Assembly: GCF_963921235.1 (NCBI RefSeq)
Contig: NC_086097.1
Span: 172,424,001-172,488,000, forward strand
From: Mobula hypostoma
Taxonomy: Eukaryota
Reading direction: 5' to 3'
DNA: 64,000 nt
Position numbers and translations under genes: made by a program. Every line of letters starts with the position of its first letter. Within the stretch, counting starts at the first letter, position 1. Below are positions 48,600 through 62,120 of this stretch, piece after piece. The notes beneath the pieces were generated by a model that searched no databases, was not told the origin of the DNA, and saw nothing but the letters and a program-made list of their open reading frames with translations.

Positions 48600-49646
48600 T
48601 TTCATCAATTGTACACGTCAGTCAGTTCAGATCAGCAAAAATATTGGCTTCACAATCTCCATCAGTATCGGAGGGCCACAGGGATGTGTACTTAGCCCCC
48701 TACTCTACTTGCTCTACACCTATGACTGTGTGGCTAAGTACAGCTCCAACAGCATGTAGAAGTTTGCTGATGATACCACTGTTGGGGGATACATCAAAGG
48801 GGCTGATGATTCAGCATACAGGAGGGAGATAGAAAACTTGACTGAGTGGTGTATAACACCAACCTCTCACTCAATGTCAATGAGATAGAGAAACTGATTG
48901 TAGACTTCAGGGGAGGGAATCCATGAGCCTGTAATCATTGGAAGATCAGAGGTGGAGAGGGTCAGTAACTTTAAATTCCAGGGTGACACTATCTCAGAGG
49001 ACCTGTCTGGGACCCATCATAGAAATACTATTGCAAAGAAAGCACACCAGCACTTCTACTTCCTCAGGAGTCTGCAGAAGTTTGGCATGTCATCGAAATC
49101 CTTGGCAAGCTTCTATAGATGTGTGGTGGAAAGTCTGCTGACTGGCTGCATTATGGCCTGGTATAGGAACACCAATGCCTTTGAGCGAAAGATCCTACAA
49201 AGGTAATAGATTCGGCCCAGTACGTCACAGGTGATACCCTCCCAACCACTGAGCAGATCTACATGAAATGTTGCCATAGAAAAGCAACATTCGTCAAACA
49301 AAAATCCTCACCACCCCAGGCCATGCTCTTTTCTTGCTGTTGCCATCAGGTAGAAGGCATAGGTGCCTCAGGACTCACATGACCAGATTCAAGAACAGTG
49401 ACTATCCCTCAACCATGCGGCTCTTGAAGAAAAGGGGCTAACTACACTCATTTAAGAACTCTGTTACATTGTTATTTTGTGCTTGTTATTTTTTGCTATT
49501 TATTTATATCTGCATATCTGCACAGTTTGTTTATAGTTTACAGTTACTGTTCTACAGATTTGCTCAGTATGCCAGCAGGAAAAGAACCTCAGGGTTGTAT
49601 GTGGTGATATGTATGTGCTCCGATAAATTTTACTTTGAACTTTGAC
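48600..49646 (+). mobile_element. Rex/Babar 3' fragment nested in the Tigger
   Basis: KFADDTT, AKKAHQHFYFLRSL, YRCVVESLLTGCI; TAAATTTTACTTTGAACTTTGA tail. Confidence 0.88.
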
Positions 49647-50184
49647 TGACACTAGTTAGAATCTGTTGGGCAACAGTCTTCCTGCCCCAATTAAGCATCA
49701 TAGTGTCCCAAATAAACTAAGGGAATCCCAGAAATTTCCTCTATTAGTTTTTTTTTCCTGTAAGAGTTGTCCCAAATAAGCAGCGGCCAGATTAACCAAT
49801 GGCCCAATTAACAGGAATCCACTGTATATACATCTTCCGGAATTTATAGTTTTTACTATTATGTAATGCAATGCACTGCTGCCACAAAGCAACAAATTTC
49901 GTGACATATGCCAGTGAGATCAAACCTGATTCTGATTCTGAGGGTGCAGAGGAGATTTACCAGGATGCTGCCTGGATTAGAGAACATGTCTTATGAGGAA
50001 AGGATGAGCAAGTTGGGGCTTTCATCTTTGGAGCGAAGAATTCAGGTTTAGATTCATTCATTTATCACATGTACATCGAAGCGAACAACACAACCCAACG
50101 ATATGTTCAGGGCCACACATTCTGGCACCAACATTGCACGAGACACAGTGGTCAGCTGAACATCACATGCAGCAGCAACAACAA

Positions 50185-50468
50185 CCCACTGAAGTGCAGC
50201 AGTTAGCTATTTAAGCTCGGGATGTTCCGGAGTTCAGACTTCAATTCCCGCGTCATCTGTATGGGGTTTGTATGTTCTGCCCCGGACCACATGGGTTTCC
50301 TCCGGATACTCCAGTGTCCTCCCACAGTCCAAAGATGTACTATTTAGTTGGTTAATTTGTCAGTGTAAATTGTCTTGTGATTGGGCTAAGGTTAAACAGG
50401 GGGGTTGCTGGGTGGTGCAGCTCATTGGGCTGGAAGGGCCTGTTCTGCACTGAATCTCTGAATACATA
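50185..50468 (+). mobile_element. HE1/V-SINE-like SINE with CR1-derived tail
   Basis: GGGTTTCCTCCGGATACTCCAGTGTCCTCCCACAGTCCAAAGATGT V-domain; 3' GGGCTGGAAGGGCCTGTT resembles CR1 3' ends. Confidence 0.8.
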
Positions 50469-50469
50469 A

Positions 50470-50883
50470 GTAGGAGAGGTGATTTGACAGAGTGATTGAG
50501 GTGTATAAGATGGTAGGAGGTATAGAGTGATAGGGGTACATAAGATGGCAGGAGGTATAGAGTGATTGAGGTGTATAAGATGACTGGAGGCATAGATAGA
50601 GTGGATAGGCAGCACCTTTTTCCCCCAAGGCAAAAATAGCTAATATGAGAGGGCATAATTTTAAGGTGATTGGCAGAAAGTATACGAGGGGGAGGGATGT
50701 CAGATGTCTTTTTTTTAACACAGAAAGCGGTAGGTGCATGGAACATGCTGCCTAGGGTCAGGACACTTAAGAACTTTTGGATAGGCACATGGAGGAAAGA
50801 AAAATAGAGGGCTTTGCAGGAGGGTCAGCACAACGCCATGGGCTAAGGAGCCTGCACTGTGCTGTACTGTTCTATGTTCTATG
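50470..50883 (+). mobile_element. CR1 3' fragment with an internal 35-bp triplication
   Basis: AGAGTGATTGAGGTGTATAAGATG-like units at 50489, 50524, 50559; TTCTATG tail. Confidence 0.85.
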
Positions 50884-51807
50884 ATCAATGTGAAGCCCAA
50901 CTCCATGTTTCATTCCTTGATCTGAAATGAACTCATTGTGTTCCCTGCACAGCAAATGAGTTTGAGATATACCATGCTGTAAAATTTCTTCCACATATCT
51001 GGAAATCCCATCGCTCATTTCATTTCAGTACAGGAGAAACATTCATCTTCAGTGAGGAACCGGGGCATGACAACACCTCAGAGAAAGGGATTTACAAGCT
51101 ATCACTGAGCCATGTAATCTCATTAGAAATCAACTAATAATGCCACATTTAACTAGAAAATGGAAATACTATTTGATATGGTAGAAAATAATTTCAAAAC
51201 TCTGCCTGAATTTCTTGCCTTCCTCATGGTCCATTGAATACAGTTTTATTTCTAAATCACTCTCAATACATAATCATTTCCATAGGAACAGCACTATGCA
51301 AGTAAGAAAATTTCATGCAATGAGTTCAACCAGTGTTTTCTAATAGACTTATGGGAAATCATTCAAACAGAGTATTTAATCCCTGTCTATGACAGATGTT
51401 CCCTTTGCTTCTTATTTTCATTTCAACTGTGCTTCAATAATCCATTTCCTCAAAGCATCTGTTCGCCCTGGCATTCACTCAACGACAAGTTGGAGGGGAC
51501 ACCTGAAATTCACTGAAATGTTAAGCCTGATTCTCTCTCCACGGAAGAAGCCAAACCTGCTGAACATTTTCAAACATTTCTATTTTGTTTCAGATTTACA
51601 ACATCTGCAGTATTTTGCCTTAGTGAACAAGAGAGGGAAATAGGAAGCTGGGATAGCCATAAAAAATAAAAATGCTGCTGATCCTATAGATCTGAAATGA
51701 AAATCAAATAAGGTGAAAACAATTAACGTTTCAGGCCAATAGATGTTATGATAGAAAGAGACAACTTTACATGTTATAGGGGGAGAGGGAATAACTGGGG
51801 ATGAATT

Positions 51808-52060
51808 TCACAGTGCCATACTTAGTCGAGTCACTGCCTCATGGGTCCAGAGACCCAGGTTCAATATTGACCATGGGCTCCGCCTGTATGAAGTTTGCAC
51901 GTTTCCCTTGGAGGCTCCAATTTTCTCCCATAGCCTAATGGCATGCCATTTGGTAGGTTAATTAGCCATTGTAAACTGTCCCTCGCATGAGGGTGAGTGG
52001 CAGAATCTGACAAGAATGCCAGTATAATAATGTAAGATTGGTGTATAGATGACCATTGTG
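51808..52060 (+). mobile_element. Degenerate V-SINE
   Basis: CTGCCTCA..CCAGAGACCCAGGTTCAAT..TGTATGAAGTTTGCACGTT..TTTCTCCCA. Confidence 0.7.
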
Positions 52061-54423
52061 TGAGAAGGGTGGAGCTTGCATTTCTAAAAATGGTTCGCAT
52101 TTTGAATTTCCATAACATGAAGTCATTATTTGTGCACGTGTCAAGAAGCACAAGCTGAAAAGTATGTGTTAAATGTTTACGTTTGTTACACGAACACTAA
52201 ATTTTTGATTGTGATTTGTGAATTCTGTAGGGGTGAGTTTCCGTAAACTGAACGACCATACCGCGGGATTGCCTATACAAAAGGTGGTTGATGATCGAGA
52301 TGGAGAGGATGGGCTAACTGGCCTGTTTCCATGCTGTGCACTATGACTCGATGAAAGCCAGCTGCAACTAAAACTCTGGCACCATCGGTAGCTCTGTTGC
52401 ACAAGAGAGGAGGAACAAGACTTGGGGGGGGGTGCTACAGTGGTGGTATTCAAGGTATTCACTGTAAGGGGAATGGACACATTAACATATCCATAGGGTG
52501 GTATGCTGCTGTGCCTCCTCTCTTTTGCTGGAACAACCACATTGGATCGTAGAGTCATAGAATTATACAGGCTCTTCAGACCAACTTTTCCATGATGACC
52601 AAGCTCGTCCAATTTGCCTGTGTTTGGCCCATATCCCTCGAAACACCTCCTATCTATGCACCTGATCAAATGTTCAAATGGTACCCGCCTCCAAGGCTTC
52701 ATCTGGTAGCTTGTTCCATACACCCACCATCCTTGATATGAAAAAAAGTGTCCCCTCGAAGTTATTCCCCTCTCACCTTCACCCAATGTCCCCTAGTTTT
52801 AATTTGTCTTGGTAAAAAGACTGTGACCATCCACCTTATCTACTCCTGAACTCTATCATGTCACCCCTCTGCTGTTTCCACTCCAGGTAAAAAAGTCATC
52901 CATCCTTTGACTGGGAGTCGAGAAGTGCACACAGTATTGGTCTGGTCTCAGTTGCAAAATCATGTCCTAATTCCTGTATTCAGCACTCTGACTGATGAAG
53001 GCAAGCATGACAGAAATCTCAGAGAGAGTTGCAGTACACATTAGTGCCAACAAAATCGAGCAATAAAAGGGATCAGATCATAAAAACTGCTGTTTCCATG
53101 TTTCTTTGGGCTTTTGTTACAGTTTTGATAAAGATTACAGTATTAGAGAGAAGAAAGACCATAGAGAGATTAGTCAACACTGTCAAACCTGATAGCATAT
53201 TTCTAATGTCTCTTTTCATTTCTATCTTAATATCATTGGCAAATGTCACAAAACTTGTTATTTTCAGGCAGGAGTAAATTGCAATACAAAATAATGAAAA
53301 CTTTAAATTATGATAAGAAGTATATCTAAAAAGAAAATTAAATAAGTAGTAAGTAGGGCAAAAAGCGAACAAAAATATGGAAGTAGTGTACATTTTTCTT
53401 TTCTTTTTTGTTGTTAATTCAGGTGAATTCCGTTGTTAATTCAATTTAATGAAATTTCAAATGAATTTTGGAAGTTTGAAATTATTCATTAACAATTAGT
53501 TTTTCCTGTACCAAAGCTGATGCACAGAAAGCTTCCCCAATTGAAAGGTTAAATGTGCATCATTGTTGAGGTGTGAAGATGCCTAGTAACCAATTTCAGA
53601 GTCTAGTTCTTCTCATTATATTATGCAGCTCAAGCACCTTATTGCAATCAATACCAGAAGCTCTTTTGTTTAGTGTGAGGAGCATTTCATTGGGTTTGTG
53701 GTTCAACCTCCTTAGAAACCTGAGAGCACAATTAATCAGCAGTCTACAATAAAATACAAGCTTCTGCAGACATGATGAACTGTTAAAATGTGTGCAGGTT
53801 CATCACATTATCGTCTAAATTGTCATTCTTCTAGTAAGTTAACTAGTGGCGAGATGCTAAGATGGTGCTGGTGAAACCCAGTGACGTATTATGGGCTGCT
53901 TTCAAAACTTCTAAAGATATCTTTTTGAATTATTCTTTCAGCAATTTCAGCATGTAATTTCCCTTTAAGCGACCTACTTTTGAATCTCTTAATGAGCTAG
54001 TGATGTCACAATCTGTTGAAGGACTCAGCAGACTAAACTCTCAAGCATGGAGCTACTGCACCTTTAAGAGGATGAAGGTACATCACCACAGTCATAAGAG
54101 AGGGAGGAAGGGTGGACTCCAAACCAGACACAGAGGTATGAGACCACTCCCACCCCCCCACCCAGCATCTTCCTCGCAAATGCGCAGAGATTGAGGACCT
54201 AAGGGCAAGGTTGCTCTACTGGGGGGACTGAGGAGCTGCTGCATTCTGTGTTTCACAGAGACGTGGCTCACTCTGAACATGCTGGATTCAGAAATCAGAC
54301 TCGAGGGCTCTTCAATACACATGTGGACCAAATTTCTGATTCACAGAAGGCAAAAAATTGGGGACGGTGGTCTGTGCTTCATGATAAACTCTCTGTGGTA
54401 CTTGGATGTGGCAATTTTCTCGT

Positions 54424-57400
54424 AACCATATAACATTTACAGCACAGAAACAGGCTATCTCAGCCCTTTTAGTCCATGCTGAATGCTTACTCTCACCTAA
54501 TCCCACCGACCTGCACTCAGCCCATAACCCTCCTTTCCTTTCCTGTCCATATATCTATCCAATTTAACTTTAAATGACAACATCAAACCTGCCTCAACCA
54601 CTTCTGCTGGAAGCTCGTTCCACACAGCTACCACTCTCTGAGTAAAGAAGTTCCCCTCATGTTACCCCTAAGCTTTTGCCCTTTAACTCTCAACTCATGT
54701 CCTCTTGTTTGAATCTCCCCCAATCGCAATGGAAAAAGCCTATCCACGTCAACACTATCTATCCCCCTCATAATTTTAAATACCTCTATCAAGTCCCCCC
54801 TCAACCTTCTACGCTCCAAAGAATAAAGACCCAACTTGTTCAATCTTTCTCTGTAACTTAGGTGCGGAAACCCAGGTAACATTCTAGTAAATCTTCCCTG
54901 TACTCTCTCTATTTTGTTGACATCTTTCCTATAATTCAGTGATCAGAACTGTACACAGTAGTCCAAATTTGGCCTTAACAATGCCTTGTACAATTTCAAC
55001 ATTACATCCCAACTCCTATACTCAATGCTCTGATTTATAAAGGCCAGCATACCAAAAGCTTTCTTCACCACCCTATCCACATGAGATTCCACCTTCAGAG
55101 AACTATGTACCATTATTCCTAGATCCCTCTGTTCTACTGCATTCTTCAATGCCCTACCATTTACCATGTATTTCCTATTTTGATTAGTCCTACCAAAATG
55201 TAGCACCTCACATTTATCAGCATTAAACTCCATCTGCCATCTTTCAACCCACTCTTCTAACTGACCTAAATCTCTCTGCAAGCTTTGAAAACCTACTTCA
55301 TTATCCAAAACTCAACCTATCTTAGTATCATCTGCATACTTGCTAATCCAATTTACCACTCCATCATCCAGATCATTAATGTATATGACAAACAACATTG
55401 GACCCAGTACAGATCCCTGAGGCACACCACTAGTCACCGGCCTCCAATCTGACAAACAGTTATCCACCACTACTCTCTGACATCTCCCATCCAGCCACTG
55501 CTGAATCCATTTTACTACTTCAATATTAATACCTAATGATTGAACCTTCCTAACTAACCTTCCGTGTGGAATCTTGTCAAAGGCCATACTGAAGTCCATA
55601 TAGACAACATCCACCGCTTTACCCTCGTCAGCTTTCCTGGTAACCCCTTCAAAAAATTCAATAAGATTTGTCAGACATGACCTTCCACACACAAATGCAT
55701 GTTGACTGATCCTAATCAGACCCTGTCTATCCAGATAATTATATATACCATCTCTAAGCATACTTTCCATCAACTTACCCACCACTGACATCAAACTCAC
55801 AGGCCGATAATTGCTAGGTTTACACTTAGAACCCTTTTTAAACAATGGAACAACATGAGCAATACGCCAATCCTCCGGCACCATCCCCATTTCTAATGAC
55901 ATTTGAAATATTTCCGTCAGAGCCCCTGCTATTTCCACACTAACTTCCCTTAAGGTCCTAGGGAATATCCTGTCAGGACCAGGAGAGTTATCCACTTTTA
56001 TATTCCTTAAAAGTGCCAGTACTTCCTCCTCTTTAATCACCATAGTTTCCATAACTTCCCTACCTGTTTCCCTTACCTTACACAATTCAATATCCTTCTC
56101 CTTAGTGAATACCGAAGAGAAGAAATTGTTCAGAATCTCCCCCAACTCTTTTGGCTCCACACATAGCTGTCCACTCTGATTCTCTAAGGGACCAATTTTA
56201 TCCCTCACTATCCTTTTGCTATTGATATAACTGCAGGAACGCTTTGGATTTATATTCACCTTACTTGCCAAAGCAACCTTATATCTTCTTTTAGCTTTTC
56301 TAATTTCTTTCTTAAGATTCTTTTTGCATTCTTTATAATCCTTGAGCACCTCATTTACTCCAAGCTGCCTATATTTATTGTAGATCTCTCTCTTTTTCCG
56401 AACCAAGTTTCCAATATCCCTTGAAAACCATGGCTCTCTCAAACTTTTAACCTTTCCTTTCAACCTAAGAGGAACATAAAGATCCTGTACCCTCAAAATT
56501 TCACCTTTAAATGATCTCCATTTCCCTATTACATCCTTCCCATAAAACAAATTGTCCCAATCCACTCCTTCTAAATCCTTTCACATCTCCTCAAAGTTAG
56601 CCTTTCTCCAATCAAAAATCTCAACCCTGGGTCCATACCTATCCTTCTCCATAATTATACTGAAACTAATGGCATTGTGATCACTGGACCCGAAGTGCTC
56701 CCCATCACAAACCTCCTTCACCTGACCTATCTCATTCCCCAACAGGAGATCCAACACTGACCCTTCTCTAGTTGGTACTTCTATGTATTGCTGCAAAAAA
56801 CTATCCTGCACACATTTTACAAACTCTAAACCATCCAGCCCTTTTACAGTATGGACTTCCCAGAATAAAATTTCCCACAATTACAACCTTGGGCTTACTA
56901 CAAATATCTGCTATCTCCTTACAAATTTGCTCCTCCAATGCTCGCTCCCCATTTGGTGGTCTATAATACACCCCTATAAGTTTTACTGCACCTTTCCCAT
57001 TCCTCATTTCCACCCAAATAGCCTCCCTAGACGAGTCCTCTAATCTATCCTGCCAGAACACCGCTGTAATATTTTCTCTGACAAGCAATGCAACACCTCC
57101 CCCTCTTGTCCCTCCGATTCTATCACATCTGAAGCAATGAAATCCAGGAATATTTAGTTGCCAATCACACCCCTCCTGTAACTATGTTTCACTGATAGCT
57201 ACCAAATCATACTTCCAGGTATCAATCCATGCTTTAAGCTCATCCACCTTTCTTATAACGCTCCTAGCATTAAAATAAATGCATTTAAGAAATTTTCCAC
57301 CTCTTACTCTCTGTTTATCACTAACGGTGCAAACAACTTTACTATTTTCTTTTTCTTCCTTCTCCCCTACATCTATTCCTACACTCTGGTTCCCCTCCCC

Positions 57401-58589
57401 CCTTGTATCTAGTTTAAATCCACTGGAGCCTCTCTAGCAAACCTACCTACAAGAACATTTGTCCCCCTCCAGTTCAGATGTAAACCGTCTCGCTAGAACA
57501 GGCCCCACCTTCCCTGGAAAACTGCCCAATTATCTATAAATCTGAAGCCCTCCCTCCTGCTCCATGGCTTCAGCCACGTGTTGATCTGTGCTATCTTACT
57601 ACTTCTAAACCTGCCTGCACATGTCACTGGTAGCAATCCTGAGATTACTATCCTGGAGTTGCTGTCCTTTAACTTGGTGCCTAACTCCCGAAACTCGCCT
57701 TTCAGGACTTCCTCACTCTTCCTACCCACGTCATTGGTCCCTACATGGACCACGACATCTGGCTGCTCACCCTCCCTCTTGAGAATACCGAGAACTCGAT
57801 CCGAGATATCGTAGACCTTGGCATCAGGGAGGCAACAGACCATCCGGGATTCTCCATCTCTTCCACAGAACCTCTTATCTGTCCCCCGAACTATCGAATC
57901 CCCTATCACTACTGCTCTCCTCTTTTCCCTTCTTCCCTTCTGAGCTGAGGGTCCCGTCTTGGTGCCAGAGACGCAACCACTGCAACTTGTCCAACAGTAT
58001 CCAAAATGATATACTTATTATTGGTGGGAATGGCCACAGGGGTGTTCTGCTCATTCTGTCTATTCCCCTTCCCTCTCCTAACAGTCACCCAGCTACCTGT
58101 CTCCTGACTCTTAGGTATGACTATCTCCCTGTAACTCCTGTTTATTTCTGCCCTTGCATCCTGAATGATCCGAAAGTTCATCCAGCTCCAGCTCCAGTTC
58201 CCTAACTCAGTTTGTCAGGAGCTGCAGCTGGATGCACCTTTTACAGGTGTAGTCATCAGGGACGATTGTGCTCGACCTGACTTCCCACATACTGCAAACG
58301 GAGCACTCAACTTCCCTAACTGCTGCCTCCATTACCTACTCTTAAGGTAATTAGATTTATTGAAGGAACTTACCCGGCCTTACCTCACTTGGAGTGAAGC
58401 CCTTCCTCAGCCTCTGCTCACCGAAGCCTCAGGAGCCAAAGCCTTCCTACTCTGTCTCCCTCTACTCTGTCGCCTGCTACAACGTCGCCCGCTCCGTTAA
58501 TCTCCTCGCTTTTAAGCACTTCCGCTGCCTCATGGTCCGACTTACACGCGCTTGCGCAGTCGTGACCCATTCAACTGCCGAAGAAAAAA
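54424..58589 (-). mobile_element. Full-length CR1 LINE (5'UTR, ORF1 Zn/coiled-coil/SGNH esterase, ORF2 APE-RT), few disablements
   Basis: ORF1 from ATG 58332 (CSVC..CKRC, IGDSIVR, HVGTND); ORF2 pieces in 54520-57300 with YRPPN, YADD; flanks TTCTCGT (54417-54423) and TTCTTGT (58590-58596) are TSD-like. Confidence 0.95.
58505..58560 (-). promoter_or_regulatory. Putative CR1 internal promoter
   Basis: CpG-rich; minus strand TGCGCAAGCGC (NRF1-like), GCGGAAGTG (ETS), CTTAAAAG (TATA-like) in succession. Confidence 0.5.
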
Positions 58590-60509
58590 TTCTTGTTACT
58601 TGACCTGGAACATCTAACAATTAAATGCTACCTATTCTACTTAGCAAGAAAGTTATCCTCCATGATCCTGACTGGCAAAAGCTAATGATAATCAGGCACT
58701 CGGGATAGTCGATTCTGCCATCATCAAACAAGAAACAATTCATACATTTCAAACCATGGTCGGGGACTTCATTCAGGCTTGTTAGAAGAAATCTCTGCTC
58801 AATTATCATCAGCATATAACCTGCAGCACCAGGGATCCCATCAAACAGGACCATTGCTATACTATGATAAGAAATGCTACCATTCCATGCCCAGACCGAA
58901 TTTTGGGAAATTTGATCAGTTGGCTGGTTTTCTACCTGCGTGTAGGTAGAGGCTAAAAAGCAAGTCTCCAAGCATAAGGACAACAAAGAGGTTGTCATGG
59001 GAGGCAATGGTGCAGTTATTAGATTGCTTCGAATCAATGGACTTGGGCTGTGTTCAAAGTCTCATCAGAGGATCTAAATGAATATACTATGGTTGTCATG
59101 GACTTTATAAAAACTGTTGTAGATTAACGTGTCCCCACAAAATCATTCAGAGTCTCCCTCAGCCAGAAGCACTGGATGAACCATGAGATCTGCAATCTGC
59201 TGAAGGCCAAATCAATGGATTTCAGGCCTGGTGAGCAAATAAGATAAAATAGAACCATATACAATCTCCAGAAAGCCATCTCACGGGTAAAGTGGCACTT
59301 CCAGACTAAACTTGAATCACTGAAGGACATTCAACAGCTGCAGCAGGGGTTTATTGCTATTACCTTTTATGAAGAGAAACCAAGTAACACTGGTGACAAC
59401 AAAGCTTTGCTTCCAGATGAGCTCAATGCCTTCTACACTCACTTTGACCATCAAAACATAGATGAACCTTCGCAAACTTCCACAAATCCTGATGACTCCG
59501 TGATTTCAGTCTTTGAGCCCCACGTGAGAGCATCCTTTAGGAGGATGTACTCACGTAAGGCATCCGGCCCAGATAGGGTACCACACTGAATACTAAAGAC
59601 TTGGACTGATCAACTGGCTGGAGTATTCACTGAGATCTTTAACCACTCACTTCAGAAGTCTGAGGAACCCACCTGTTTCAAGCAGGCTTCAATTATACCA
59701 GTGCCTAAGAAGAACGTAGTAACCTGGTTCAATGATCATCATCCAGTCGCACTTACACCCACTGTCATGATGTGCTTTGAGAAGGTGGCGATAAAGTATA
59801 TCAACTCCTGCCTAACAAGTGGTTTCGATCCCCTCCAATTTGCCTACCAGGCCAACAGATTCACAGCAAATGCCATTTCTTTGGATCTTCGCTGAACTCT
59901 AAACATTGGAAGAGCAAAGATGCATATATCAGGATGCTCTTTATCGATTACAGCTCAACATTTAATATTATCAACCCTGCAAACTGATCAATAAGCTTTA
60001 AGATCTAGGCCTCAATAACCTCCTTGTGCAATTGGATTCCCCATTTCCTCACACGTAGACACCAGTCAATTCAGATTGGCAACAACATCTCCTCCACAAT
60101 CTCCATCAGCACAGTTGCACCACAAGGCTGTGTGAGCCCCTACTCTACTCACTTTATGCTCATGAGTGTAAGGCCAATCACAGCTCCAATTCCATATTTA
60201 AGTTTACTGACGACACTTTCGTCAGCCGAATCAAAGGAGGTGATGAATCAGCATATAGGAGACAGATTGAAAATGTGGCTGAGAGGCACCACAACAACAA
60301 CATCTCACGCAATGTCAGCAAAACCTAGGAACAGATTACTGATTCTGGAGGTGGAAACTGGAGGTCCCTGAGCCAGTCCTCATCAGGGGATCAGAGGAGG
60401 AGAGGGTCAGCAAATTTAAATTCCTCAGTGTTGCCATTTCAGAGGATCTGTCCTGGGCCCAGCACATAAGTGCAATTATGAAGAAAGTATGACATCACCT
60501 CTACTCCCA

Positions 60510-60833
60510 TAGAAACATAGAAAGCCTACAGTACAATACAGGCCCTTCGGCTCACAAAGCTGGGCCAAACATATTCTTACTATAGAAATTATCTACGATT
60601 ACCCAGAGCCCTCTATTTTTCTAAGCTCCATGTACCTATCCAGGATCGTATCTGCCTCCACCACCGTTGCCGGCAGCCCATTCCACACACTCGCCACTCT
60701 CTGCCTAAAAAACTTACCCTCTCCTCTGTACCTATTTCCAAGCACCTTAAAACTGTGCCCTCTCACATTAGCCATTTCAGCCCTGGGAAAAAGCCTCTGA
60801 CTATCCACATGATCAATGCTTCTCATCATCTTG
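60510..60833 (-). mobile_element. CR1 3' end nested in the Rex/Babar
   Basis: IDHVDSQRLFP..FFRQRVASVWNGLP; ATAGAAAC tail on + strand. Confidence 0.88.
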
Positions 60834-61749
60834 TAGAAGTTAGCAAAGATTCAGCATGACATCTAAAACTTTGACGAACCTCTATGGATGTGCGGTGGAG
60901 AGTATATTAACTGGTTGCATCACAGACTGGTATGGAAACAGCAATGCCTTTGAACAGAAAATCTAACAAAAGGTAATGAATACAGTCCAGTACATCAAGG
61001 GTAAAGCCCTCCCCACAACTGAGCACATACACACAGAGCACTGTCGCAGGAAAGCAGCATCCATCATCAAGGACACCCACCACCCAGGCCATGCTCTCTT
61101 CTCACTGCTGGCATCAGAGAGAAGGTACAGGAGCCTCAGAACCCACACCACCAGGTTCAGGAAGAGTTCTATTACCACTCAACCCATCAGACTCTTGAAA
61201 CAATGGGGATAACTTCACTCAACCCTAAAACTAAGCTGTTTCCACAACCTATGGACTCACTTTCAAGGAATCTTCATCTTATGTTCTTGATAATTTGCTT
61301 ATTTATTTGTTTGTTTATTTATTTGTTTGTTTGCTTGTTTATCTATAATCCATTTATCTGTCTGTTTGTTTGTTTATTTATTTATTATTTTGTATTTGCA
61401 GTTTGTTGTCTTTTGCACATTGGTTGTTTGTCCGTATTGTTTGATTCTATTACGTTCCTGGCTATTCTGAGCATGCCCACGGGAAAACAAATCTCAGGGT
61501 TGCATATGTTCACATATATGTACCTTAATAATAAATTTACTTTGAACTTCGTACTTTGAAACTTTAACTTTCTTAATGCTTGCTTGTATGTTTGTATAAT
61601 TCCCTGTTTGCAAATGTTCTGTGGATTTTCAGTAATTTGTAGTTTAGTTAATTCTGTGTTTTGTTTCTTTGTCTGCAAGCCTGTGTCACTGCAGCATGAC
61701 TGAAACTGTCTCCTAGGCTGTTCTTATCAATGGAATATTTTTAGATTAT

Positions 61750-62120
61750 GTATATACAAACGTTTATTCAAACAATTGCATTATCACAGCAATACACTTC
61801 AGATAATATACAGAACTTCATTAAACATACTATTTAAAAATAAAAATGCAGTTATCACTGTCCACAACACACTTAAGCCCCCGAAGGACCCACTGTTTCC
61901 AGAAATCCCCCATTATATCAACGGACATCACGTGCTCCTTCTTCAGGAATATCCAGACATGGACATAAGCCTGAAAGAGGGCCAGTGGTCAGCTCAGACA
62001 GAATTCTCGACCTATGAACAGCCATTTTGGCTGGATACAGGAACAAACCAACCAGTAGATCCTCCAAATGACTTAAACCCCTCCTCATTCAGTGGCCATA
62101 ATCAGGAACTATCCGTCTAG
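61750..62120 (-). mobile_element. Tx1-like LINE 3' remnant
   Basis: Minus-strand DLLVGLFLYPAKMAVHRSR and downstream EH..FWKQW-like remnants resemble the Tx1 ORF2 C-terminus; AATAAA at the 3' end. Confidence 0.55.

Larger units (their letters stand above)
47172..49824. mobile_element. TcMar/Tigger-like non-autonomous DNA transposon split by two LINE insertions
   Basis: TA|CAGGGGATTC..ATTGGG and CCCAATTAACAGGAATCCACTG|TA imperfect TIRs with TA flanks; repeated CCCAATTAA/CCCAAATAA subterminal motifs. Confidence 0.75.
53855..61565 (+). mobile_element. Full-length but decayed Rex/Babar LINE interrupted by two CR1 insertions
   Basis: 5' AAGATGGTG; CCILCFTETWL (APE) at ~54235; DLEHLTIKC after 58600; NQKHWM, LPDELNAFY, KASGPD, DPLQFAY, APQGC; C-terminus ~60900-61210; AATAAATTTACTTTGAACTT tail. 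Confidence 0.85.

Noticed and set aside
51808..51880. tRNA gene (also ~1910-1970)
   Set aside because: Only degenerate A/B-box heads followed by a V-SINE body; no cloverleaf
53029..53393. Small membrane-protein exon (overlapping hydrophobic ORFs)
   Set aside because: No recognisable domain and no convincing splice-site pair; AT-rich composition explains the hydrophobicity
57493..57909. Captured or domesticated SGNH esterase gene
   Set aside because: It is the standard esterase domain of CR1 ORF1, inside a disabled element
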